A stretch of DNA of 64,000 nt from Bispira polyomma (GCA_965649765.1 OZ287749.1:10478001-10542000), one strand, 5' to 3'; counted from the stretch's first letter, positions 40,231 through 53,128 are shown. The notes: a model not told the origin generated them from the sequence alone. Numbers and translations are program-made.

Positions 40231-40705
40231 CAGGGGTGGAGAGCTTAGCGGACGGGACAGCGATAGCGGACAGTAAGTTAAAACATAAAATTTGTTGTAT
40301 GTTCATATCGCTAGTTATCGTGCTACTACCAGTTTTCGTGTTATTGATTTTTATATTAGAAATAAACACATTTCATGGCGTCTTTTGACATTTTTGGTAA
40401 AGAAATTCATGTTATTTGTTTATAGTCTGATATTTGCCCAAAATATGCAGTATGCATAGATAAATTTCACTTTATTTTGTATATAGTTTTACTTATGTTG
40501 TATTGATAACTAAGACAAAAACTAGCGCAACCGTCATATTTAAAAAGCTTTCTGTATAATATAAAGTACTTAACTGGCTAATTTAATTGTAAATTCAGAC
40601 TTTGCATCTAAAATTGGTCAGATTACTTGATAAATGGATAAACTCTTTACATTTTAAGTTACTGTCTGCTAAGTTGTCCACTGTCCGCTAAGCTATCCAT
40701 CCATG
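40231..40705. mobile_element. TA-flanked MITE (Tc1/mariner-like)
   Basis: Imperfect TIRs CAGGGGTGGAGAGCTTAGCGGAC / GTCCGCTAAGCTATCCATCCATG. Confidence 0.7.
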
Positions 40706-40782
40706 TAGATCGTGAAAGTGTGAACCGCACATATTTCCATCCTACAGCTCCTAAAACACCCCCATTATATCTCTGTACTCAC

Positions 40783-40953
40783 AAATACGGCCAGGGACAC
40801 AGACTGTGTTGTACGACTTTGATCCTCGTCCAAGAATAGACATCCCACATCTGTACACAGCAACACTAGCACAGCAACAAAAAATAATAATGACACATAC
40901 ACGTAAAGATTGGGTTTCTTTGGCCACTTCAGGTCACTCCATGAGTCGGCCAT
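40783..40953 (-). CDS. Putative first coding exon of the small membrane-protein gene
   Basis: ATG at 40953; MADSWSDLKWPKKPNLYVYVSLLFFVAVLVLLCTDVGCLFLDEDQSRTTQSVSLAVF, then GTGAGT donor (phase 0). Confidence 0.55.
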
Positions 40954-41059
40954 TCGACGGGAACCACATCTTACTGTCGTATGGAAGTCTCCCTGACTGT
41001 TTAACTGTTTATATCTGACTCCCACCAAAGTGTTTACATATCTCCATTATTTGAACAGT

Positions 41060-41165
41060 CCGACGTCATGATATTACGTGACGTAATTACAGTGTGAGGT
41101 CATTTATCGGTAACATCATTGCGACGTCACGTGCGATTATTAGAGGTTTCGCTGTATGACGTTTT
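41060..41165. promoter_or_regulatory. Cluster of ACGT-core (CRE/E-box-like) motifs, putative promoter
   Basis: GACGTCA twice, TGACGT twice, CACGTG and TACGTG within ~105 bp, ~110 bp upstream of the 40953 ATG. Confidence 0.4.
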
Positions 41166-44100
41166 CGCTGCTGTTTTGGTTAGTTCGTTGTAAATAATCT
41201 AATTTGATTCATTTCAAAATTATGTTGTAAAAAGTACCAGAAAGCATATTTATCTGGCTTCATAAACACATAATCGAAAAATCTGTATCGCCTATATTTA
41301 CTATGGAATTAGAACACTCATTCTCATCTCTCAACGATCTGTCCAGTAGTGACAGTGAAATACCAGGTAGCCCAGGAGAACCAGAATCTACATTATCCCC
41401 AATATGTAAGAAAAATTACAAATTCAAACATTGCAATCTTAAATCACTCAATATAATTTCCAGTCCATCAAATACAAAATGCCAGAAACTATAGAACTAT
41501 TGGATACCAAAGATCCAGATATAATCTGTGAAATGAAAACATGGCTTGACCCCTCAATCCAATCGACAGAATATTTCTCTCCAGATTACAACATATTTAG
41601 AAACGACTGTCCACCGACAAACACAGGTAACTCCCAAGGGGAGTCATGATAGGAATTAAAAGTAGCCTAACCTGTAGAAGAGCAACTGAATTAGAAACAG
41701 ACTGTGTATTAATTAATATGGTGCAAAGTAAAAATTACAGGAACTAGAACTCTGTATGTTGGGAGTTATTACAGAACACCAAACGATGATGAAACTGGCA
41801 TAAAACAACTTCGTGAATCACTAGACAAACTCAGATCAAAACCGAATGCACAAATTCATCTAATGGGCGACTTCAATTTTCCAGACATTGACTGGAGCGT
41901 CCCTGATATTAAACCTTCAACAAGCAGAAAAACATTACACCAGTTACTTCTAGACCTACCAAATGGCCATGGTCTGAATCAACTAGTAATAGAACCAACT
42001 CACATGATCAATACTTTAGACCTTGTTATTACAAACTTTGAATCGAGAGTCTCTAACATTAAGATACCACCTAAAAAAGCCTACATATTTCGTAAAGCAA
42101 ACTGGGATGGATTAAGGGCCGACATCAATGAGTTCAACCAATGTCAAGATGTGCTAGATACTTTAAATATCCTAGTGAACAACTTATGGGAAGATTTTAA
42201 AACCTGCATCTCCAACAGCCAGGAAAAATATGTGCCAACAAAAGGTATAAACAGGAAACACAAACAACCTTGGATAAACCACAAGGTCAAGAAACTAATA
42301 ATTAAGTGGAATAAGATGTTTAGAGACAGAAATATTAATGCAAGCAAACAAAGTAAATATAAACACCCGAAGGCTGAAATCCAGACTGAAACAAGAAAGA
42401 GCTACTGGAAATATATGGATGGGATTATAGGCATCCCACCAGAAGAAGAACTTGCTATCAATCTACGATCAAAGTGTAACACCAAAAAATTCTTTACCTT
42501 CATTAAATCACTAAATAAAGAAAACAGTGGCATCTCAGTCCTTAAAAAAGAAGATAAGCTTGTTACAGATGATCGGGAAAAGGCAAATATTCTGAATGCT
42601 CAATTTCAATCCGCATTCACAAATGACAATGATCATGGCATTACACCAAACAAAGTACCCAGCCCACATCCAACTATGCCAGGTTTTAGTATCACAGAAA
42701 ATGATGTACTAAAACTACTTACCAACATCAATCCACATAAAGCTATACGTCCAGACCAAATACAAACAAAAATCCTGAAAGAATTTAGCCGAGAAATCAC
42801 ACCAATACTTACCAAAATCTTCAATATATATCAAGGAAACATCCCTGATGACTGGTGTAAGGCAAATGTGACACCTGCTTTAAAAAGGGGCGATAATCAG
42901 ATCCGGCTAACTATCGACCGATGTCACTTACATGTATTTGTTGTAAGCTCATGGAGCATATCATGGCAAGCAATAATATGTCACACCTTGAAGACAAGAA
43001 CATCCTCTATGACCTCCAACGTGGATTTAGGCGTAACAGATCATGTGAAACTCAACTCCTTCAGTTCATTGATAATCTCCACCACAACCAAAACAGACGG
43101 TCACAAACGGATGTAGTGATTATGGACTTTGCAAAGGCTTTTGACAAGGTTTTCAACTCATGGCTAAATTACAAGTTAAAATACTATGGCATTAGAAACC
43201 AACACCTCAACTGGATTGCTTCCTTCCTGAGCAAGAGAAACCAAACCGTATTAGTTAATGGTAAAACCTCGGTCACAGCTCCAGTCACATCAGGTGTACA
43301 GGGCACAGTTTTAGGGCCTATCTTGTTTTTAATCTACATTAACGACCTGTCTGAGTACATTAAAAATAGCAAACTGCGGAAATTTGCAGATGATAGCATT
43401 CTGTATAGAGATATTCATTCAGAGGAAGACAATGCCCTTCAACAAGCCGACATAGACGCCACATCTTAATGGGAATAATACTGGCTCATGCAATTTTACC
43501 CCAAGAAGTGCCAAGTACTCCAGGTTACCAACGAAACTGCACCATGTTCATTTGACTACAAATTACACAATCATAGCCTTGAACAAGTAAAATCTGCAAA
43601 ATACCTCGGCATAACATTACAATACAATGAGAAATGGAACTGTCACATAGCTAGTATCTGCACAAAGGCAAACAAGACACTGGGCCTGTTGAAGCAAAAG
43701 ATAAAGACCATTAACACCAGTCTTAAGGCTAAAGCATACCAAACATTAGTTCGACCTAAATTGGGACCGTGTGGGACCCACATACCAAAGAGAACATTGA
43801 CCGTCTGGATAAAGTCGAACGGAGGAGTGCACTGTACATCACTGGTGACTACAAGTACACCTGTAGTGTAACAGCAATGACCAACCAACTTGGATGGCCA
43901 ACACTACAACAGACTATATGTTCTTCAAAGTACATCATTGCCTGGTAGCAGTACATCTAGGACACTTTGTTATACCTGTACAAACTACAACCCGATACAG
44001 TCACCAACTCCAATACCGTACCATCTTAACATCAATATAATGTTACAAATTTTCATTCTTTCCATCCACAATAACTTTATGGAATTTTTTTTTTTTTTTT

Positions 44101-44509
44101 TTTCAGAATATATTTTATTTCATAATAACAAAACAAAATCAGAAATACAGTAAAATGTACATTACACATACAAAAAATAATATTTTATTTCATAAAAAAA
44201 AAAAAAAAAGGAATACGGCAAAAAATGTTCAATAAATGTGTTAAAGAGTATATATATTTTTTTTTCTTTCTTTCTCCTTTCTTCTTCTTTTCCTTTTTTT
44301 TTTTTTTTGGATAATCAATATTTTATACATTCACAAATTATTAGAGCTTTCCTTCAATGCTAAATATATTCCATGAGCTAATGGTAACACAGACACCTGT
44401 TATTCACATAATAAAACACAACAAAAGCAACTTGACATTATCCTATAAGGGGAAGATTTTATATTAACTATGCCTCATTTGAAGTATTTTTTTTTTTTTT
44501 TACACATTT

Positions 44510-47500
44510 TTATATACCCGTGAATATTGCCTTCCAGAATGACCATTTTCTTGTAAAATCCTCAAATGAACTATTTATTTTTGATAACATTTCTTGTTCT
44601 TCAAAATTGTGCTTAATTATTTGTTGTACATGATAGATGTTTAGCTTTCGATTTTTACTAGCACATGTAAATATATAATATATTGTATTCATCAAAATAA
44701 AATTTAGTGGCGAAAACATTTTGTCATTACAGTGGTATCCCAAAATAAGAGTGGTCTGATTTAATTCTAAATTTATGTCTAGTTTTGATTTAATCCAAAA
44801 CTTAACATTACTCCACAATTCTTTTACTTTACTGCATTCTGAAAAAAGGTGCTTTATACTCTCACAGTGGTGCTTACATATTCGACATAGGTCTGAAGTT
44901 GTTATTTTAAGTTTATTTAAATACATTTGAGTACCAATTATTCTATGTAAAATCCTATATTGAAACCATATATATGTATTATCAATGATAGTATAGAAAC
45001 ATGCGGCATACAAAGACTTCCAAACATTATTATTGTATTCTATATCTAATTCAGAATTCCATTTTGATTCATTACCAACGCTATTAACTTCAGAATGACA
45101 TAAAATTTGATATGTGTCTTTACTACCTTTACGAGAATTTAAAAATGGTTGAATATGGAATGGCACATAAGGCCGCTGCAATATAAATTCATTGCTCTTT
45201 TTATTTTTAGTTAGATATAAATTAACTATTTTCTTCACAGTAAAATAATGTAAAAAATTAATATTAATATTGTACTTTATTTTCAAATTGTCTAAGCTTA
45301 ATAACTTTCCATCAGAATCAACCACATCACCAATAGTATTGATGCCTCTTCTTGACCAGTTTTGGAAGAAAACCTTGCTGTTAGAGATGTGTTTGTTAAA
45401 CCAAATACTACTACTCAAGATGTCACTGTTAGACTTAACCATTTGTATTCTGCATAGGTTTGCCCAATTTTCAAAAACTATTTTCCAGAATGGGTTTAAT
45501 TTGTCGAGAAATGTAAGACACCACTCACCACCAAGAGTAAATAACCTATCTAAATTTCCAATTGTTTGGCAAAGCAAATGGTGCCAAACTGAATCCTTTT
45601 TGAAGAAAACATCTTTCAACCATTTTAATTTTAATGATTTCTCAAAGTTGTAGATATTAATCATCCTTCAACCACCTTGGGAGTAATCTTTAACTATGCG
45701 TTTCCTATTTATTTTATCTGGTTTCCCACTCCAAAGATAGTTATATAGTAAACTATTTATTTCTTTAAGAATATGATCAGGAGTAGGAATAGACAAAAAC
45801 AAATGGTTAAATTTTGGTAATATCAGTGTCTTTATAACAGTAGTTTTTCCTATAGGTGTTAAAAACCTATATTTCCAAGAATTAATTACTTGTTTTGCTT
45901 TTTCGATAATTTTATCAAAATTCATGTTTGGGATACTGTTTAAGTTAGTAGAAAAATCTAAACCTAGAAGGGTAAATTCATTGTCTCCCCACTGTAAATT
46001 TTTTGATACTTTTAGCTTATATTTTGAAAGTTTCTTACAACCAATCCAGATAAGTTTAGTTTTTTCTGAGTTCATCTTTAGACCTGATAAATCCCCAAAT
46101 ATTTCTAATACATTCAAAGTTGCCTGCAAGGAACACTTACTTCCATCAAGTATTAAAGTGGTGTCATCTGCAAACTGTGTTAGTTTTATTGTTTGATTTC
46201 CTATTTGAATACCTTTAATATCAAAGTTGTTCTCTATTAGAACACTTAACACTTCTGCTGCTAAGAGAAAAAGATACGGTGATATAGGGTCGCCTTGTCT
46301 GCAGCCTCTTTCAATCGCTATTGGGTCCGATAATACGCCACATTGAAGGACATAAGCACTTATATTGTTATTAAAGAGTTTAATCCATCTGGTAAAATCT
46401 TTACCAAAACCAAAATTATCTAATATTTCATAAAGAAATTTCCACGAGACTGAGTCGAATGCTTTTTTAAAATCGATTAGCATTAATAAACCAGGAATTT
46501 TGTGTTTTTCTGTGTAACTCATTAAGTCGTATACAAGTCTTGTACTTTCACCAATATGTCTTCCGCTAATGAAACCCGATTGACTTTTTGAAATGATATC
46601 TGGTAGATATGGCTTCAGTCTATTCGCAATAACAGTCGATGCTAATTTGTACACTACGCACAGCAAAGAAATGGGGCGCCAGTTCTTTATATATTTTCTA
46701 TTTTTATCTCCTTTTGGTAAGCAAGTTATCAGAGTTTGTCTCATCGAAGGCGACAGCTGACCTTTAGTATAGCAATAGTTTATTGCATTCATTACATAAA
46801 ATTTCAGTTTTATCCAGAAAACTTTCAAGAAATCAGCAGGTATGCCATCCATCCCTGGTGATTTGTTATTTTTCATATTTTTGAGTGCGATGCTTAACTC
46901 ATACACTTTAATTTTATCTCCAAGATCCAATTTTGGGATCTGTGTAAGTTTTAGTTTGTTTATTTGATCGAGGAGATCCAAGCTGTCTCTCGGTATATCC
47001 TTGTTTTGAAATAAATCACTATAGAAAGCCTGTACTTCTTTTAATATTTTACTTTGTTCTGTTATATTCACTCCATTTGGTAACTCTAATCTTTTAATTG
47101 TTCTGTCGACAAAAGCTTTCTTTTCAAGCTTGCAGAAATATGAAGTAGGTTTTTTTCCTTCACCCAGCCATTTCATTCTTGACCTTGTTATATAACCCTT
47201 GATCTTATGTTTACGCATACTTTCTAACGCTATTCTTTTATCTTCTAATAATGTAGAATTTTGTAGTGTATTTTCAAGATTCTCTAGTGTAGTTACATCT
47301 TCAATCAATCTATTTTCTTCATTTTTTGACTTTTTTTTCAAATATGATGCATACTTAATTGTTTCGCCTCTAATTCTTAAAAAAAGAATTTCTAAAAACA
47401 TGTCATTATCAACTGAAAATTGGATATCATCGCTGTTTTGTAAATAATCTAAATTGTAAATTGGTAAAGCATATTTCAATTTTTCTTCATAAATAACTTT

Positions 47501-48304
47501 ATTTATCAAATCTAGGTAATCTTTATTTTGCAATAAACTGGTGTTAAATTTCCAAACACCTTTTCCACACTTAAAGTTGTTCAAGTTTATGTGCATCTCA
47601 ATTATAGAATGGTCAGATCTATAGCTACCAGTGATATTGCACTTAGTAATAATATCCATCATAGCACTAGTTACCAAGAAATAATCCAGCCTTGCTTGCT
47701 TTAAAGGATTTTTTTTTCTCCAAGAAAAACGCTTAATATCCGGGTGTAAGTATCGATATACATCAGTTAAGTCCAGTTCATTTATCATTTCAAAAACCTT
47801 TGTTCTAGATTTTGGGTTATTGATATGTACATAATTATAGCAGTCTATTGAGGGATTTAAAACCAGATTAAAATCTCCACAAATAACAGTATAGTCGGAA
47901 TTACAATTCTCAGCTAGGTCTTTAATTTTTTCAAAGAATTTAGGATTGTCTTGATTTGGTGCATATAATGTGATCAAATTGATCCTAATCATGTCACATA
48001 AGATCAGTAATTGTAACCAATTGCCATCCGTATCTTTAGTGACTTCAATAACTTTGTATTCAAAGTTATTATTTAGGAGAATGGCAACACCACGAGAATT
48101 GGTTTTAAGACCATGTATCTAACAATCAGGCCAAATCTGTTTTACTGAATGTGTGTCATTTTGAGTAAGATGTGTATCTTGTAGTAATACTATGTTTGCA
48201 CCCGTGTCCTTTAAAAATGAAAGTACATCTACTCTTTTCTCATAAGTACGAAGACCTTGACAGTTTGCCGACAGCACCTTAATACTATTGGCTATATCGG
48301 TCAT
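44510..48304 (-). pseudogene. L1/Tx1 ORF2 (APE endonuclease, RT, C-terminal CCHC) with two in-frame stops (48119-48121, 45668-45670)
   Basis: Three ORF-track pieces share one frame; SANCQGL, GDFN, RLDYFL, SDHS, KSPGMDG, WRPISLL, GCRQGDPISPYLF, QFADD, CRICKHHCESIKHLFSEC. Confidence 0.95.
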
Positions 48305-49391
48305 TTTGTATTACTGAAGTGTTCCTGCAGGCAATGACATATTTAAAGGTGTTATGTTTCCAAAAAGAGGCATCAAGTACATCATAATAAATACTTTTAA
48401 GATAAATCTTGTTACATATCTCAAAAAGCTGATGGAAAAAGGGACTATTTTTAAACTCTAATAACAAATCTTTATATACTATACAAACAATACATCTAAG
48501 CACATTGCACAAACAACATATATACATACATAACTTATGGTAAAGAAACATAACTTAAATAAAACAAGAAAACAAATAATAAAAATAGAAATAGAACTGC
48601 AGAATTATCATTTCAAACTCGATTGTAGCATTTATTTGGAAAATAGTACGGCTTGATTGAAATTTGTTTTAAACACAATGAACATGTCATGCACACAATG
48701 TAATTTTTAAATTAAATCTAAAAATGTAATTCTTTAAGTTTTCAGTTTGGTAGCACGTATAGCCTTTGTACACTATAACAGTAAACCATAATTAAAGCAA
48801 GTACTGACCAGATCAGTAACACACTAAATGATGGCCGAAGTTTGAACAAACTAATAAACTACAAAACAAAAAATATCACAACATAGAAGAAAATATACAG
48901 TCAAACCCTCAACCAAATCAAGTAGAAGCTCAAAGAACGATACATAATACCTCCACTCCAGAATGACTCACAGTTAACAGAGTAAGGTTTAATGGAAAAA
49001 GTCCTTTTTCGACTACAAATTCAGTTCTGGACCACAAATTCAGTTCTGCTTATGGGAATTTGACTTAGCAGAGTTCTAACCAAAAGGGTCTGATCGTATA
49101 TACATGTCCTTTATATATACTTTTTCAAATACCGTTAAATATCGAAGGGTGTGAATAAAGTTATCAACTTCAGTAGGTTTTCAACATAAAAAGTTTAATT
49201 TTAAAAAGAAATATTTCACTGTGGCAATAAATTTTCATTTTAATTATGTTCAAACTACTTAAAGTGTATTTTGCACATCACTTGATTGTTTATTGTATCA
49301 GTCAATGTCCGCCCCAGTCTCCCAGTACCCTCACTCAACTTACAAAAATTGTGCCACATTGTAAATCCTCACTCCACTTTTGAAATTGCCT

Positions 49392-50672
49392 CTAGTGCCG
49401 TGGTTCAAGGTCAAACCTTTTCTTACCGAGATTTGGTCCCTCATGACGCCTAGATACTGCCAGAAAAATAATGCAGAGGGTTTTCTCTTCGAGCAGATTT
49501 CTTAGTATCTGGCTCGACCCAGCTTCTCCATCATCACTATAGCCAGTGGTAACAGCATTTTCTTTATCTGGGCATCCGTCTTCGTTCAGGGAATAGATGT
49601 AGCTAATGTGATGCGCGTTTGCTACATCTGGATTCTGCAATAGTGCCGCGTATGCAGCTTGTGCCTCACAGATAGAACTTATTTTATGTACATGGCCTTG
49701 AAAATTGCTTTGGGTATGCTCAACAACATCTATGTGGATCATATTGTTGTAGCTAATACAACCAACCTCAGGGCGCCCGGATGACTTTAATGGTTTGTCT
49801 TCGAAATCACTGGGAACGAGAGAGCCATTGATATACAACTTGTCCCTTGTGAGCCTCACATTGATGGATCTGTCATCTTTATATTGTTGTCTCAGGTTTT
49901 TGAATTTTGGAAACTGAATGTCTCTTCTCTCACGGATCTGTGCTGGCAGTTGCTCAGTAACGATTATCCTGGTTCCTTTCAGATTTCTAACATGGTTAAA
50001 AATAATGTCCTTTCCACGTCGTAGGACAAGTTTCAATACAATAGGTCTTGGTTTTCGCCCTTGCTTGCCGACACGATGGGCAATGTCAACTTGGACTGGG
50101 GCTGCAGGGTTTCTAGCTGAGTGTATCAAACTGTCAAGTATTTTTAGTTTGTTGGACAGGATATCTGCTATTACTACATAAATTTCTTCTCCTGGTTGCT
50201 CTGGTATGTTATGGATCAAAATGTTAGTACTCATTGTTCTAAGTTGAAGATCTTCAAACTTGGAATTTATAACATCAATGTTTGCTGCCATTCGCGTTAT
50301 CTTTCCCTGGGCTTCTGAAAGTTTGAGCTTTAAAGAGTCATTTTCTGTTTGCAAATTACTTACGTCTTTTTTAATTGCCTCCCTATGATTGTCAAAGGTA
50401 TGTGTCATCCGTCTCAGAAGGTCTATCACAATGTCTACCTTCGTATGTAAAGACATTGCACCTGCCTCAGATTCTGTGACAGATTCCAAGCGTTGTAGCT
50501 GTGCTCTTGTTTCAGAGGGTAGATTTTCAGTACTAGTTGTAATGCCCTCCATGTTTGACATTTTTAGTGCAGGACTTGTGGATAAACTACTCTGTGAAAC
50601 TTGGCTGAGATTTCTTTTTTTTGATGATCCAATGTTTTCAGCAGTTTCAACTAAATTTTCCATGTAACACAA
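49392..50672 (-). CDS. LINE ORF1 protein (coiled coil + RRM-like/CTD) with a C-terminal IMPACT/UPF0029-like domain
   Basis: NILIHNIPE..AHRVGK..PRPIVLKL..VTEQLP (ORF1 type), then SNFQGH..AHHISYIY..DDGEAG..LAVSRRHEGPNLGKKRF. Confidence 0.85.
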   Translation of the reverse strand: MCYMENLVETAENIGSSKKRNLSQVSQSSLSTSPALKMSNMEGITTSTENLPSETRAQLQRLESVTESEAGAMSLHTKVDIVIDLLRRMTHTFDNHREAIKKDVSNLQTENDSLKLKLSEAQGKITRMAANIDVINSKFEDLQLRTMSTNILIHNIPEQPGEEIYVVIADILSNKLKILDSLIHSARNPAAPVQVDIAHRVGKQGRKPRPIVLKLVLRRGKDIIFNHVRNLKGTRIIVTEQLPAQIRERRDIQFPKFKNLRQQYKDDRSINVRLTRDKLYINGSLVPSDFEDKPLKSSGRPEVGCISYNNMIHIDVVEHTQSNFQGHVHKISSICEAQAAYAALLQNPDVANAHHISYIYSLNEDGCPDKENAVTTGYSDDGEAGSSQILRNLLEEKTLCIIFLAVSRRHEGPNLGKKRFDLEPRH

Positions 50673-52164
50673 TTAAATTATTGAAATATAATTTGCTAAT
50701 TCAATGTAGTTAATAATAACTTCTTGCCGGTACACATAAATGTAGGTTACACACAATATCAGTACAGCTTTCCTTATACTTGTGATTGTTTTTCCTCCAA
50801 GAAGCCTCACAGTGAATAAATGTAAACAAAACCTTGATCATTTATTCCTGTTTAAAACATACCAAGTTCTTTAAGGTTATCTGGTCCTTTCAATATCACA
50901 CTGATGGTCTATTTAAAACACCAATGTTGACACATGCACATTTCACACCTCAGCTTGTTATTGAAATCCTTTTGGTACAACTTCAGTCACACACACAGAG
51001 GGCTTGTCATTGCCTTATATGGGAATTCATCAATATTCACTGTTAGTATTACATCCTTGTACACAATTTTTAAATGGTGATTTTATCAATTATTGCATTA
51101 TTTTTTACTTTAAACTTTAGTCATAAATGTTCACCACAACTTTACATTTTTGTTCAGTCCATTTTTATTTCACATACTGCAGTTCCTCTATATAAAATTA
51201 AAGAAACATTTCTGTCAATTTTTTTTCCCTCCTGCACTCTGATCCTCCTTGAGACTTTATGGAATTTGCTACCCATAGATGTCATATGTAATCCAGATGT
51301 TGATGCCTTCAGGACAAGATGCACTGCTTCTGTCCTTGCTGCACTTGTACATTAACTGACAGATACCACATTGTAAATACTAGTTTGTTTGTTATTCGTT
51401 ATTGCGTTACCAAAAATTACGTAAAGAACGGAGTTTATAAGCCTGCATAATTATCATTATTGATGGAGCAGCCATATCAACGTAGAAGTAGAAGTAGAAT
51501 ACGATCAAAATAATATTCACTCTAAAAACCTGTATTTTTTAAAAATTTATTTTTTTTAACAATGCTTAATAATGTGATGTGGGTAGTTTTATAGTAGGGT
51601 GAGGCAAAACAATATTATATGTTCTGTAATCTGTAAGGCTTATATAATTAGTAATTCTCAATAAATTTTAAACGTATAGTAGAAGTACAGATAACTTAAA
51701 CCAGGGGACAATTTTTAACACTTATTAATGTAATATGGGTGTATCTTCAATATAGTTTCATCTTTTCATAATACTTTATAGATATTTCACTGTTATTACT
51801 CTTGTCAGTATATATCATATAATTTTAAAGAATTACATTATGTCATTTCAGGGGAAACATCCAGCAGTTCATGCTTTAATTCAGAATGAAAAAGATGATT
51901 TTCTTTGTGGATAATACAAAATTATGGTGTTTAGACCAGACAGGTGTCGCATGAGTAAAAAGTGTGGACATATATAAACCAGATATAAACACACTATTTA
52001 GTAAATGAATCCATGTGTTAGTTGTTGACATAGTGGGAAAAATAACTAAAATAGTAACAGTAAAGTTAATATGTGTACATCAAGTGTTTCTGTGATTGTA
52101 ACCTAACTTGTCTTTTATTTTTTATTGTTACATAAGATGTTTTTGGTAAATAAAGTTTGAACTG

Positions 52165-52322
52165 TGTTTAAAAGGATTTTAATTCCTTTAAATAAAAGGA
52201 TTTGGATTCGGATTTTAATCCCTTTGAAAATAAAAGGATTTGGATTTGAATTGGATTTAAAAAATTCGAAAGGATTTAGATTTGGATTTAAACCCTTTTC
52301 AAAGGATTTGGCCCCAACCCTG
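52165..52322. mobile_element. End of a hAT-like MITE with GGATTT repeats
   Basis: Terminus GCCCCAACCCTG and repeated AAAGGATTT(GG/A)ATT; other end not found. Confidence 0.5.
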
Positions 52323-52898
52323 ATACAGTCCAACTTGAACCATGAATGCTTTAATTATTTTTTATTATAATTAAAATCAAAGACACCTATCGTAAAGGAC
52401 ATATTAATACCAAAACCAAAACGTCATAAAATAAATAACACGGTCTTGTAATTAAAATAAATATCCAGCAAAACCCCCGACTTTAAAACAGCGAAATAAC
52501 TATACATCGAATAGGAAATACAGCGAAACCTCTGGACACCACATCTGCGATGCAAGATTCTTGTACCGACTGCCTCTAAATATTATAGATGGTTTCATGT
52601 GGAATAATGGAGAGGAAAACTAGGTTGAATTAGTGTTGAAAATTGGTCCTCGCGTTGATCAATGGATTCTCAATACTAAATTTGTTATACTAATGTTGTT
52701 TTCAAATCATTTGCCTACTGCAACCGGTACCGGTATATATTCCACAGTCAAGATTTTTACGATCTTGGTGGCATCCTGCTGAATTCTCTGGACCACCTGG
52801 CATGACAGGAAATACCTTGAATTTTTATAAATGCTCCAGAGAATCCTGGGGTACGCCAGGGTGATCTTGAAGGACCCAACGATTTAACTACAACAAGC

Positions 52899-53012
52899 CA
52901 CCCAGATTGATCCTAACAATCGGGAAAGTCACCAGGTTGATCCTAACAATCGGGAAAGTCACCCAGGCTGATCCTGACAATCGGGAAAGTCACCCAGGTT
53001 GATCTTTACAAC
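52899..53012. repeat. ~31-bp tandem repeat, ~3.5 copies
   Basis: CACCCAGGTTGATCCTAACAATCGGGAAAGT. Confidence 0.9.
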
Positions 53013-53015
53013 AAT

Positions 53016-53128
53016 CATGCTGTGGGCTCTATTGACAGAAAGCATGTAGCCATCAAGAAACCACCCAAGGCTGGGAGTGAATTTTTCAACTATAAAGGGT
53101 TCCAATCGATTGTGCTGTTAGCCCTGGT
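53016..53128 (+). pseudogene. PIF/Harbinger (HARBI1-like) transposase fragment cut by the Polinton insertion
   Basis: [38 protein letters not shown] matches GAIDGKH..NYKG..SIVL. Confidence 0.85.

Larger units (their letters stand above)
44088..51253 (-). mobile_element. Full-length L1/Tx1-clade non-LTR retrotransposon (~7.2 kb)
   Basis: TSD ACTTTATGGAATTT at 44074-44087 and 51254-51267; poly(A) tail (poly-T on +); ORF1 and ORF2 present. Confidence 0.95.
41290..51500 (+). mobile_element. CR1/RTE-like LINE (APE endonuclease + RT, frameshifted), interrupted near its 3' end by the L1/Tx1 insertion; body 41290-44087 and 51254-51500
   Basis: MGDFNFPDIDW, NTLDLVIT, DFAKAFDKV, SGVQGTVLGPILFLIYINDL, FADD, KYLG; reading resumes LWNLLPIDV after the insertion; (GTAGAA)n tail at 51482-51499. 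Confidence 0.9.

Noticed and set aside
45270-50667. Plus-strand ORFs overlapping the L1/Tx1 element
   Set aside because: Antisense shadows of ORF1/ORF2 with no independent motifs
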